From NCBI GenBank assembly GCA_964473745.1, contig CAYYQE010000002.1:5045-69044 (forward strand): a DNA stretch of 64,000 nucleotides, given 5' to 3'. This document shows positions 1-8,900 of the stretch, piece by piece. This stretch comes from an uncultured Candidatus Peribacteria bacterium (GTDB lineage Bacteria; Patescibacteriota; Gracilibacteria; UBA1369; UBA12473). Position 1 is the stretch's first letter. Every line of letters begins with the position of its first letter. A program made the position numbers and the translations under genes. The notes beneath the pieces are model-generated. The model did no database searches. It saw only the letters and a program-made list of their open reading frames with translations, and was not told the DNA's origin.

Positions 1-472
1 TCTCAAGATAAGGTTCATACCAAACATCACTTTCTGTGATTTCATAATCAAATCCCTCCACCACAATTTTGGCAGCCTCTACAAAATTAATCATGTTTGC
101 CGGCTGAAAACTACCATCGGGGTAGCCGCCAATAACTTCTTCGTCATAAGCCACACATACATAAGGAGTAAACCATTCTTCGTGATCAAAATCCGGAAAC
201 ACATTTTTGGGCATATTACAGTTTTCAATTCGAGTTTCTGTAAACACAGAATTCACAATAATTTTCGTAAACTCAGCTCTGTTAACTAGGGCGTCTGGTA
301 AATAAGTGCCATCATCATAACCATCTACAATTCCTTCGCTTTGAACATAAGAAACCGCGTCATAATACAAATAATCCTCGGAAACATCACTAAAACTGGC
401 CAAAGCCGTGACCACATTTAGGGAAATTAATAAAGACAAGGCCAAAAAATGAATGCAGAATTTTTTAAGCAT
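1..472 (-). CDS. SLH-domain secreted protein, N-terminal part (C-terminus lies beyond the window start)
   Basis: It is absent from the ORF track because it runs off the edge. The reverse complement from ATG (470-472) reads MLKKFCIHFLALSLLISLNVVTALA, which looks like a signal peptide. Two SLH-like repeats follow (FSDVSEDYLYYDAVSYVQSEGIVDGYDDGTYLPDALVNRAEF and FPDFDHEEWFTPYVCVAYDEEVIGGYPDGSFQPANMINFVEAAK), with no stop down to base 1. Confidence 0.7.
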   Translation of the reverse strand, partial: MLKKFCIHFLALSLLISLNVVTALASFSDVSEDYLYYDAVSYVQSEGIVDGYDDGTYLPDALVNRAEFTKIIVNSVFTETRIENCNMPKNVFPDFDHEEWFTPYVCVAYDEEVIGGYPDGSFQPANMINFVEAAKIVVEGFDYEITESDVWYEPYLE

Positions 473-636
473 AGGACGGTGTTTAATAAAATAAAAACAT
501 GTTTAATTATTACTACGCAAACTACCAAAAATTTCTTTCAAAAACAATTGAGCTATAAGTGTTTTGGCGTATGGGATATTTACAAAACACCCAATTATGA
601 AGTAGGGTAATTTCCTGATCTTTAATCAAATAAACT

Positions 637-1539
637 ATGTTAGTAGCTGACGATGTTAGAAATCATCACCTTGATGATTTAGATAAGGATGTTCTTTATC
701 ATTTTGGGATTACGACACTTGATGAGCTTCAAGAGATGTTTGGGGATGTTAAATATGTTTGTATGGGGGGTAGCGCCGTCAGAGCTGATGTTTTTGCGCA
801 TAAGGCAGCAGAAGAATTAGGGATTGACGTTCCAGAAGGAGGTTTTCAACCTATCGGAAAAACTGAACGATATTCACTTTACAAAGTTGGCCCAATCATT
901 TCTGTAAATCATGGAATGGGGCAACCTTCCTTAGAAATCATGCTAAACGAAATAACTAAGATGCTTCAGTACGCTGGCTGTGAAGATGTTACCTATCTTC
1001 GAATTGGGACTTCTGGTGGTGTTGGAGTAGAAGGCGGAACAGTTGTGGTTACCGAAGAGGGTCTTGATGGTGAGTTAAAACCAGAGCTTACTTCGATCCA
1101 ACTTGGAAAACGGCGAACTTATCCCGCCCAAACCAACGCTGAATTAAATGCGGAGCTGGTTGAGGTTAGTGAGGAGCTTGGCGATCGCTTAAATGTTGTA
1201 GTTGGTAAAACCATGTCCGCTGATGGTTTTTATGAGGAGCAGGGCCGTTTAGACGGCGCCCTTCAACCAGAATACGATGAAGCCGAAAAGATGGCGTTCT
1301 TGCGTGAGGCGCACGAGTTAGGGGTGAGAAATATCGAGATGGAAGCTTGTCGTTTTGCCGCGTTCTGTCTTCGAGCGGGAATCCCGGCAACGGTTGTTTG
1401 TGCGGCCTTACTAAATCGTCTTAATGGCGATCAAGTTGAGGCATCAATAGAACAATTAGGCGAATACTCAGATAACGCTCAAACACTTGTGATTGAGTGG
1501 ATCCGAAAACGCCTAGCCCAAAACGGCGCAATAGAGTAA
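637..1539 (+). CDS. Uridine phosphorylase, nucleoside phosphorylase-I fold, animal UPP1/UPP2-like type
   Basis: 300-aa ORF with motifs DVLYHFG, FGDVKYVCMGGS, RYSLYKVGP, LRIGTSGGVG, FYEEQGRLDGA, GVRNIEMEA and LLNRLNGDQ. From memory these track human UPP1 closely and differ from E. coli Udp. Confidence 0.8.
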   Translation: MLVADDVRNHHLDDLDKDVLYHFGITTLDELQEMFGDVKYVCMGGSAVRADVFAHKAAEELGIDVPEGGFQPIGKTERYSLYKVGPIISVNHGMGQPSLEIMLNEITKMLQYAGCEDVTYLRIGTSGGVGVEGGTVVVTEEGLDGELKPELTSIQLGKRRTYPAQTNAELNAELVEVSEELGDRLNVVVGKTMSADGFYEEQGRLDGALQPEYDEAEKMAFLREAHELGVRNIEMEACRFAAFCLRAGIPATVVCAALLNRLNGDQVEASIEQLGEYSDNAQTLVIEWIRKRLAQNGAIE

Positions 1540-1545
1540 AAACTC

Positions 1546-1623
1546 TGGGGTGAGTAGTGGGGTTCGAACCCACGACCTTCCGGACCACAACCGGACGCTC
1601 TAACCAACTGAGCTATACCCACC
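1546..1623 (-). tRNA. tRNA-His (anticodon GTG) with encoded G(-1) and encoded CCA
   Basis: Hand-folded cloverleaf: acceptor GTGGGTA/TACTCAC, D arm GCTC-AGTTGGTTA-GAGC, anticodon stem TCCGG/CCGGA with loop TTGTGGT, T arm GTGGG-TTCGAAC-CCCAC. The discriminator is C, followed by CCA. An extra 5' G lies opposite the discriminator, which is the His identity element. Confidence 0.93.
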
Positions 1624-1648
1624 TTAATTTGGCCTCAAGGGCAGCCGT

Positions 1649-1677
1649 ATTGTACGGATTTCCGCCTCAAGGTGCAA
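1649..1677 (-). promoter_or_regulatory. sigma70-like promoter for tRNA-His (TTGCAC-N17-TACAAT)
   Basis: On the minus strand the -35 TTGCAC is at 1672-1677 and the -10 TACAAT at 1649-1654, with a 17-nt spacer. The -10 ends about 25 nt upstream of the tRNA 5' end. Confidence 0.5.
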
Positions 1678-1762
1678 TCTTTTTTCTTTACTATTTCATT
1701 ACGCCAGGTTTTTCGGTATCATTCGTTCGCACAAATCCCAGAAAACTTAAAAAACCTCCCTT

Positions 1763-2302
1763 ATGGCGACCGTGACTGTGAAAATAGCGCTGACACCGGT
1801 TCAACAAAAAGTTCGCAAAACACTCAAGTGGTTCATTCGACTCAATTTTATTGCAATTTTGATTACGCTTTATTTGACGTACATGCATTATAAACCCGAG
1901 GCGAGTGAAATTTGCACTCTTGGCGACACTTTTAATTGTGACATTGTAAATAAGAGCTCGTATGCTGAGTTATTCGGCGTGCCCGTGGCCATTCTGGGGC
2001 TTATTGCATATCTGTTTTTGTTTGGAGCGGCGATTGGGATTGCGCGCGACATCAAATTTTATAAATATCTCAAATTTTTACGACCGATTCGACTTATGTG
2101 GCTTATGTTTGCGGTGACTGCCGTGGGAGTTCTGTTTTCCGGTTATCTGACCTACATCGAACTGTTTGTGCTAGAGGCGCTTTGTCTTTTTTGCGTGGTA
2201 CAACAGATAATAATTATTATTGATTTATTCATGATGCTCAGCATTTTGAGCACCATAGACGAAGGGAAAAAGGAAAATCCCAATGTCTGTGAATTTTGTT
2301 AA
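1763..2302 (+). CDS. Vitamin K epoxide reductase (VKOR) family membrane thiol oxidoreductase
   Basis: 179 aa with multiple TM helices. It has a loop cysteine pair (CTLGDTFNC) and a membrane CxxC (CLFC) in the VKOR arrangement, plus the NKSSYAELFGVP motif. Confidence 0.75.
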   Translation: MATVTVKIALTPVQQKVRKTLKWFIRLNFIAILITLYLTYMHYKPEASEICTLGDTFNCDIVNKSSYAELFGVPVAILGLIAYLFLFGAAIGIARDIKFYKYLKFLRPIRLMWLMFAVTAVGVLFSGYLTYIELFVLEALCLFCVVQQIIIIIDLFMMLSILSTIDEGKKENPNVCEFC

Positions 2303-2313
2303 CCAATTTTCCC

Positions 2314-2691
2314 ATGTTCAAAAAACTCACTATTTTAGGTTTACTTGCTATCACAACAATTTCACTAACCGCCTGCGCTCCAGTTGACGGTGGGGAAAGT
2401 TACGACGAATTTGCCCAGTGCTTAACCGACGAAGGAATGACTTTGTACGGAGCTTACTGGTGTAGCCATTGTGCCGATCAAAAACAAATGTTTGGTTTGG
2501 CCATGGATTACATTGATTATGTGGAGTGCGATCCCAAAGGAGATGATGGTCAACCAGAAGTTTGTTTAGAAGAAGAAATCGAAGGCTATCCAACCTGGAA
2601 ACACAGTGATGGTCGTTCCTGGATTGGTGCCCAGTCTTTCGAAAAACTAGGTGAAATCACTGGTTGTGAAGTCCCGCCAGAAATCGAATAA
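2314..2691 (+). CDS. Thioredoxin-like lipoprotein (VKOR partner domain encoded as a separate gene)
   Basis: I use the internal ATG at 2314. The N-terminus MFKKLTILGLLAITTISLTAC carries a lipobox, and WCSHC is a thioredoxin-fold active site. The gene starts 12 nt after the VKOR stop. Confidence 0.7.
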   Translation: MFKKLTILGLLAITTISLTACAPVDGGESYDEFAQCLTDEGMTLYGAYWCSHCADQKQMFGLAMDYIDYVECDPKGDDGQPEVCLEEEIEGYPTWKHSDGRSWIGAQSFEKLGEITGCEVPPEIE

Positions 2692-2710
2692 TTCTTAACT
2701 CAAAATTATT

Positions 2711-3400
2711 GTGGACGTTAAACTAATTACTGTTATCACCACCGCCCTGGTGGACTCGATTAATCCGTGTGCAATTGGAGTTTTGGTTTTGCTTATTAGC
2801 ACGTTGCTCGCCCTAACGCACAACAAAAAAAGGATGATGTTTGTGGGGCTGGTGTACTTGAGTGTTGTTTATATAACCTATTTTCTTGCCGGACTTGGAC
2901 TTTTGTATTTTATTCAAAAACTTGCTATTGCCGATGGGGTAGCGATTACAGCCGGGATTTTGGTGATTATTTTAGGGATTATTGAAATTAAGGATTTTTA
3001 TTGGTATGGGAGGGGGATTTCCCTGACAATCCCTAAAAGTCAGATTGGAAGAATTAAAAGATACGCTGAAAAAGCCAGTATTCCAGGAGTGGTTTTGTTA
3101 GGGATGTTGGTTGCGGCCGTGGAATTACCATGTACTGGCGGGCCATATTTAGCCATTACTTCTTTGTTGGCCAAAGATTTTGACTGGATCGCTTTTTGGT
3201 ACTTAGCGCTCTACAATTTTATTTTTGTGTTGCCGCTTTTGGTGATTTTGATAGCGGTTTACACCACTCTAACCGTGGCTCATATCGATGCTTGGAAAGG
3301 TAAGTATAAAAAATGGATGCGCTTAGTGAGCGGCTTGGTTATGGTTGCTCTTGGGATTGTTTTGATTCTGTACGCCAACGGGGATATAAACTTGGGGTAA
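2711..3400 (+). CDS. ccdA: CcdA/DsbD-family transmembrane thiol:disulfide electron transporter
   Basis: GTG start. It is a polytopic membrane protein with the two conserved membrane cysteines in the INPCA and ELPCTGGPY contexts typical of CcdA/DsbD-beta. Confidence 0.75.
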   Translation: MDVKLITVITTALVDSINPCAIGVLVLLISTLLALTHNKKRMMFVGLVYLSVVYITYFLAGLGLLYFIQKLAIADGVAITAGILVIILGIIEIKDFYWYGRGISLTIPKSQIGRIKRYAEKASIPGVVLLGMLVAAVELPCTGGPYLAITSLLAKDFDWIAFWYLALYNFIFVLPLLVILIAVYTTLTVAHIDAWKGKYKKWMRLVSGLVMVALGIVLILYANGDINLG

Positions 3401-3537
3401 GTAGGCCTATAAAAAGCGTGAGTGAATTTTGTTAAGGTTTTTTAGAATAAAAAACCGTCAAGCTACACAGCGAGCCGCAAACACCCGCGGGTCTCGTGGG
3501 CCCCGGGGAAAATTTTCCGAAGTTTAGCGAGACTTAC

Positions 3538-3600
3538 TTTTTGCGAACATCAGCTAGGAGGGGGAGCTCACGAGGGGGAGCCCCAGGTTCCCTCTCGTGT
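3538..3600 (+). repeat. Degenerate third copy of the GC-rich structured intergenic repeat (see 4607-4729 and 59327-59434)
   Basis: It shares TTGCGAACA and AGGTTCCCTC blocks with the other copies. It forms its own hairpin, CACGAGGGGGA / TCCCTCTCGTG, with 11 pairs including one G-U. Confidence 0.4.
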
Positions 3601-3605
3601 TACAG

Positions 3606-3640
3606 AAAAACCCCCGCCCTCCCTTGAGCCAGGGGTTTTT
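3606..3640. terminator. Bidirectional hairpin terminator between convergent ccdA and the HExxH protein gene
   Basis: AAAAACCCC ... GGGGTTTTT forms a 9-bp stem flanked by an A-run and a T-run. It lies between two convergent stops (3400 and 3695). Confidence 0.55.
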
Positions 3641-3694
3641 CAAAATCTGCAGGAATCACCTAGCTAAAAGCCGAGTGACCCTTAAGATACAAAA

Positions 3695-4504
3695 TTATGA
3701 ATCTTTTGACCCCCTAAGAGCCAAAAAGGATTCTAAATCAAAGTTCAGTCGCGTCATATCATAGACACGCTCGTAAACACCTTTCGACGTTGTTTCCAGT
3801 GCAAAATCGAACTCAACTCCATCAAACACAGTCGTTTTCAAATAATTATATTTTTCCGCTAAGACTTCGTTCAGTTCAGCGTAATCTCTAAACAATGGAC
3901 CATGCAGCACGTAAGCAGTGTAAGCCTCGGCAAAATCTTCGAAGGGATTAGTGCGTGAGTAACCAGACACAAAGTCCCATTTAGAGCCAGTTAGCGATTC
4001 ACTATCAGCCCAGCTAGCAGTGTAAAACTGCACGCTAGGATCAGAATCAAGAACTACTCGTCCTCGATCGACAAATGGAGAAATTTCTCCTTCATCAGTC
4101 GAGGTAATAAGACCAGTATCAACTACATGTCCCAGTTCGTGAATCAGAACAGCCACCAGTTCCTCCGGAGTGGTGTTCACACAACGAAGGATAATCGTAT
4201 GATCTCCTCCCAGGCCCCGGCGCGCCTCTGAGTCAAAACTCAAAATAAGGTTGGTCGCGGCCGCTGTGTGGTTCTCCGGAAGAATGGTGAACACATCAGT
4301 TACAAATTCGGTACACCATTCCAGGGTCTCGGCATCGGCAGTCCCAGCTACCTGGTAGAGCTCAGTTGAGTCCACCGGTGCGCTTTGGAAATTTGAAGTG
4401 AGGGCTTCACGAGATGATGCGGAGATAGTCCCTGAAAACGGGACCGAAGCGGAAAGTAGAATAAGTTGGGAAAGGGCGAGGCTGAGTAGGCGGAAACGAA
4501 TCAT
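3695..4504 (-). CDS. Secreted putative zinc metallopeptidase (HExxH motif)
   Basis: 269 aa with a signal-peptide-like N-terminus (MIRFRLLSLALSQLILLSASVPFSG). The single HELGH motif sits in the context VAVLIHELGHVVD. I recognise no finer family. Confidence 0.55.
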   Translation of the reverse strand: MIRFRLLSLALSQLILLSASVPFSGTISASSREALTSNFQSAPVDSTELYQVAGTADAETLEWCTEFVTDVFTILPENHTAAATNLILSFDSEARRGLGGDHTIILRCVNTTPEELVAVLIHELGHVVDTGLITSTDEGEISPFVDRGRVVLDSDPSVQFYTASWADSESLTGSKWDFVSGYSRTNPFEDFAEAYTAYVLHGPLFRDYAELNEVLAEKYNYLKTTVFDGVEFDFALETTSKGVYERVYDMTRLNFDLESFLALRGSKDS

Positions 4505-4569
4505 ATTAGGTGCTAAATAGTAATTTAGACACTTTGATGTTTGTTTCCGTCAGTCAGCGTAAGGGGGTA

Positions 4570-4597
4570 ATTATAACGATTTGAGGGAGTTTGTCAA
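4570..4597 (-). promoter_or_regulatory. Consensus sigma70 promoter (TTGACA-N16-TATAAT) for the HExxH protein gene
   Basis: The minus strand reads TTGACAaactccctcaaatcgtTATAAT. The -35 is at 4592-4597 and the -10 at 4570-4575, about 65 nt upstream of the ATG at 4504. Confidence 0.6.
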
Positions 4598-4606
4598 TGG
4601 TAAGTC

Positions 4607-4729
4607 AAAGGGAGAGCCCTGAATCTTCCCCTCACAACTGGAGGGAACCTTTTCGGATGCGTGATCCGAAAAGAACCCCTCTCGCCTGTTGGCGGGACGT
4701 TTGTTCGCGAAAGTCCAGGACTCTCCTTT
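4607..4729 (-). repeat. GC-rich structured intergenic repeat, copy A (inverted relative to copy B at 59327-59434)
   Basis: The reverse complement of 4638-4710 aligns with 59349-59410. The blocks ACGTCCCGCC-N-ACAGGCGAGAGGGGTTCTT and AAGGTTCCCTCCAG are identical between copies. The central hairpin is CTTTTCGGAT/ATCCGAAAAG. An outer closing stem pairs 4607-4621 with 4716-4729. Confidence 0.65.
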
Positions 4730-4800
4730 GGTGGATTTGACCAAATAGCCTCAATTCAATAATTAGAAGAGGTTTTTTATGGTGTAATTTAACAGAGAAG

Positions 4801-4822
4801 AATCTGTGCCCGGGCACAGATT
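4801..4822. other. Perfect 22-nt palindrome (AATCTGTGCCCGGGCACAGATT), hairpin/terminator-like
   Basis: The sequence is its own reverse complement and is followed by TTTT on the plus strand. No gene sits immediately upstream in either direction. Confidence 0.4.
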
Positions 4823-5133
4823 TTCAGGGTAGATTTTATTTGAAATCTTTACGCCCAAAATATGTCAAATCTGCGCGTCTTGCAAAATCTCCCTAATCGA
4901 TTATGAAGAGGGGAGTTTAGGGTTGGACTCAGGGGAAGGGAAGTCGACCGAGGCGCCACCAAGGGGTGAGCCTAAAGAAGAATCTTGCCTTCCCCGCGTG
5001 ATGCGGGGTTTGAAACAAGCAGTTGAAGAATGTGAAAAGGGGTTGTGTAGGGATCCAGCATCTAAAAGCCAGTGGATCATCTACGGGGAAAGGGAAGGGA
5101 ACGACGCCGGCATGATGCCGCCGCTCCCGAAAG

Positions 5134-5658
5134 CTAGTCGTCGGACGGGTGGTCGTCGCCGCGCGCCGCGCGGCGGGCGCGGTACCAGCGGATGATCTTG
5201 GTCAGGAGCATCCCGAACGGGGACAAGAGCACGAGTGCCCCGGTCGCCGTCATGGGGAGCCAGATCAAGGCCGCCGCGGGCGATACAGCCAGGGAACCGA
5301 GCACCGCGAGGATGCCCAGCCCGGTGAAGACCGCACCAGCCACCAGCACGATGGCGATCTGGACCGTGCGCGCGACCAACTTCTCGGTCCGGCTTTCACC
5401 GGGCCAGAGGCGGATCACGTGGTACACGATCCAGGCGAGGACGAAGATGGCCAGGGGGAGGACCCCCATCACCACCGACACGACCCCACCGACCAGGACC
5501 TGGATCAGGACCCAGCCACCACCACCGGAGGACGACGAGCCGCCACCACCACCGTACTGCCGAAGCAGCTCCTCCTGCTCGGAGGAGTATCCGCAGCCCG
5601 CGAGGACCACGAACAGGGTGATGAGGACGAAGAACAGATACCAGTTTGAGTTTCTCAC
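5134..5658 (-). CDS. High-G+C small membrane lipoprotein, compositionally foreign
   Basis: GTG start (5656-5658) preceded by GGAG with a 5-nt spacer. The N-terminus MRNSNWYLFFVLITLFVVLAGC carries a lipobox. A Gly/Ser linker, about four hydrophobic helices and a basic tail (RWYRARRAARG) follow. Third codon positions are almost all G/C, unlike every other gene here. Confidence 0.6.
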   Translation of the reverse strand: MRNSNWYLFFVLITLFVVLAGCGYSSEQEELLRQYGGGGGSSSSGGGGWVLIQVLVGGVVSVVMGVLPLAIFVLAWIVYHVIRLWPGESRTEKLVARTVQIAIVLVAGAVFTGLGILAVLGSLAVSPAAALIWLPMTATGALVLLSPFGMLLTKIIRWYRARRAARGDDHPSDD

Positions 5659-5959
5659 GATTTCTCCACGTATGCGCCGAAGCGTGTTTTTGTTGTTTCG
5701 AGACAGAACCCCCTGATTCGCGCAAAACTGTTAAAATAAATAAAAACATATCGTGCGCATCTCAGGCGGGTCTGCCTCATGAATTCCGCATCACAAAGAG
5801 TCCATGAAAGCACCATAAACCTTATGATGCCCTCATCACTCTCTGTAATGCCCCTAATTTTCAAGGAACAAAATCATCTTTTCTCTCAACTAAAATCTAC
5901 CACATATAGCAAAATAAGTCAATGGTGTCAAACCTTATAATGTTAATAAAAATTTACAA

Positions 5960-8900
5960 CTAAAACGGTAAACGGTCTTTCAGTTTTTCCCACAACCAAT
6001 CGCCACCTTTTTGAGCCCAACTCTTCTTACACATTTCATAGCGATCAGTTAGAAGAGTCTGGTATTCCTTTAAATATTTAGCTTCATTTGTCGGATCAAG
6101 CAGAACTTTTAAGATGTAGGCATCCTGCTGTTCCTTCATTTCTGCTCGGGCCGCATTCACTAGGGCCATATCGAGATCGGTTGGGTTCGTCGCCTTAATT
6201 TTATCGTCCCAAACATTATAAAGAAGATCCATTTTTCCACGTAAATCCAGCACCCATTTCTTTATTACCTCTGGACTAACCGGCCCTGGAGTAACTCCTT
6301 GCTGCTCAGAAAGCTTACGCAAAAGGTCAACAACGTCATCCCACATATCGGGATCAAACGGATTAGTCTTATTTGCTAGAATATCGGCCCCATATTCAGC
6401 TTCAAATTCCTCATAACTAAGAATTCCATCCAATTCTTCCGGCACTTCATCACTTCCCACGACATCATCAAGCCAGGTTCCAGTTACTCCCTTGCGATTC
6501 GCATGGGCACTGTGCACCGCAGTCATAGCCTTAAACTGAACATAGCGCATATAACCATCATGAACCTTTGTCCAATCCGCTGAATCAGTGTTACGAAGAC
6601 TACCAGTATATATTTCTACAACATTCATGAAATCATTTTGAATGTCTTCACTCTGGCTTCCTTGGAAAAAATCAGAACCAGCATAGTCAGTTCCGTCTAA
6701 CTGCCTTCGGAAATTAGCCATATGCTTAGAATAACTTGCGTTCCCATAACCATACGAAGACAGTTGATCATAAATTGCTGCAAACTCATCTGAAGTGAAT
6801 TTTTCAGGTGGAGTCTTGGCACTTTTATTCGCTATCCAGGCACTAATTGCCTGGTTAAAAGCTTCTAACTGGCCAGTCATATTAGCGCCTTTTTGCTGGT
6901 CCAAAAGATCTACCGCCGCCTTCATGGCTGCCGGGTTACCTTTGTGCTTTTCACGAACAGCGCGCAAGTCTTGTTGATAATGCAATCGTGCTTCTTGTTT
7001 TTTGTATTCAACTAGTGATTCCCAGCGATTATCCGCCACTGTTCCGTAAAACAGATCACTAAAATCAAAGCCCGTCACATTTTCCCACGTGATCGAACGA
7101 CCTTCCATCCCCACAAAAATAGTACTCAAAGCATCAAAAGGATCATTGAAATCAGGATCAGATTCCAACCAAGCCGCTTTCATCTTAATAATGTCATCTG
7201 TTAGCGCAAAATCCTCCACTTTTGGTGGGGAAGTAGATTGATCAAATTTCCATTCAATTCCGCTGTCTTTAAAACGAATAACCAATAAATTCGGGTTACT
7301 TGGATCTGGTGGCAAAATTTCATAAGAATCTCGCGCTAATCCCTGCATAACCGGGTTTTGGTTCACAACCTCATCCGCCACTCGACTAACCGTTCGCTCA
7401 TAAGGAGGCGTCTGACTCAAAGCGCTTTCAATACCAAGCGCTTCTACTAGAGTTATCGATGAATCAAAATGCCTCGACCAAAAGCCAGAATCAGCATTTT
7501 GAGCTTCATTCAAAGCAACTTTTATCGCTTCATTTAAATCACGAATATACTGAACTTGCGTGGCTGTTAATTCCGGGCGATCTTTTAACACTTTAGTATG
7601 TTGATACCAAATGTCTTTAAGTTGAAATAGGATTCGGTTGTGGTCCGGATCAGACCGTTCCGCAAACCCGTTAAAATCAAAATCACTTAAAATTGTATCT
7701 GTAAATATTTGGTATTCTGTGGCGTAAGCATCAGAAAAACCATGGTGTTCAAACTTATCACGAGTTTGCTCATAGGCCGCCTGGCTAGTTTCGGCCGCTG
7801 TTCCTAATTCTGCCGGAAGAGTTTCTAGATCTGTTAAAGCCTTTTCAATAGACTCTTCATAAGCTCGTTCAAGCTGGCCCGGAGCAACTGATTTTCCTTC
7901 AAAAGTTTCAAGCCTCATTCGGTAATCACCTAAGATTTGACCTTTTTTCGCTTTAACTAATTCTTCCCAATAGTTATTAGTGCTGTCCGGCCATCTTAGT
8001 TGTCCAATATCTAGGAACCATCTCCCTGCGGAAAGTTTTTCTCCGGCCCCTTCAAATTTCTTAAATAATGCCTTAAATTCATGATTGTCAGCTGCCTTAT
8101 TCACCAAGGCCTCCACTAAATTATCACTAAGCGTAAGTGATTCAATCACATACTCATTTTTAAGCACATTCCATTCCAAAATTACTGGCGCACCAGCGAT
8201 AACTCCTTTAATTTTCCAATCACTAGTAACCCCAGTTACTTCTAAACCAAGGCTCATTAAACGACTTGTTTCTGGGGAATTATTCATTTGCTGCCCAATC
8301 TCCTTCTCCAAAATCTCGTTTTGGAAGATTTTTTTCATTTCTTCTAAATTAGAAGCTTTCTTATCACCGAAAACTAATTGTGCGGTTTTTTCCTCTGTTA
8401 CTTCAAAAGTTAGCGGGAAAGAGTGTGGTTGCTGTCGGTTACCTAATTGACTAGCTAAAGTATAACTATAATCAGGTTTAACCTTCCATTTTTTAGAGCT
8501 CGCATCCCATTCCACTGAATAAGAGCTGTCAAAACCAGTGTATTCAAAAAGTCTAGCCACTCGTTCTTCTATATAAGCGGTTAATTCACCCTTAGTTCGT
8601 TCTAATTTTTCTTTTTCTGAAGTTCCCATATCTTCACTAATCGAAAAAGCAAAAACCCGACCTGTTGTAGTGTCTTTGAAAACATGTTGCGTTACGTCAT
8701 AACCTAAAAAATAATCTTTACTAGAATAATCAAAAGAATACCCCATCAACTCCACGTCTCCGAGAGCAGGGGATTCACTAAGTCCTAACTGTTTTAATCC
8801 TGGGACAGCCGTGGTTATAGCAATAGCCACTCCCGCGGCCACCCTTTCAGTTCTTTCAGAAGGTGCTGACCCGGCACTAGGTTTTTTTTTACCGCTACCA

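Noticed and set aside
1557-1893. ORFs 1557-1775, 1672-1893 (+) and 1691-1888 (-)
   Set aside because: The first overlaps the tRNA-His gene. The others lie in the tRNA promoter region or overlap the VKOR start, and they have no supporting features.
4923-5749. Four long overlapping ORFs in other frames or on the other strand across the high-G+C segment (4923-5195 +, 5149-5649 +, 5192-5716 +, 5396-5749 -)
   Set aside because: High G+C removes stop codons in all frames. These translations are Arg/Pro/Gly-rich nonsense with no start context. Only 5134-5658 (-) has an SD, a lipobox signal peptide and coherent TM helices.
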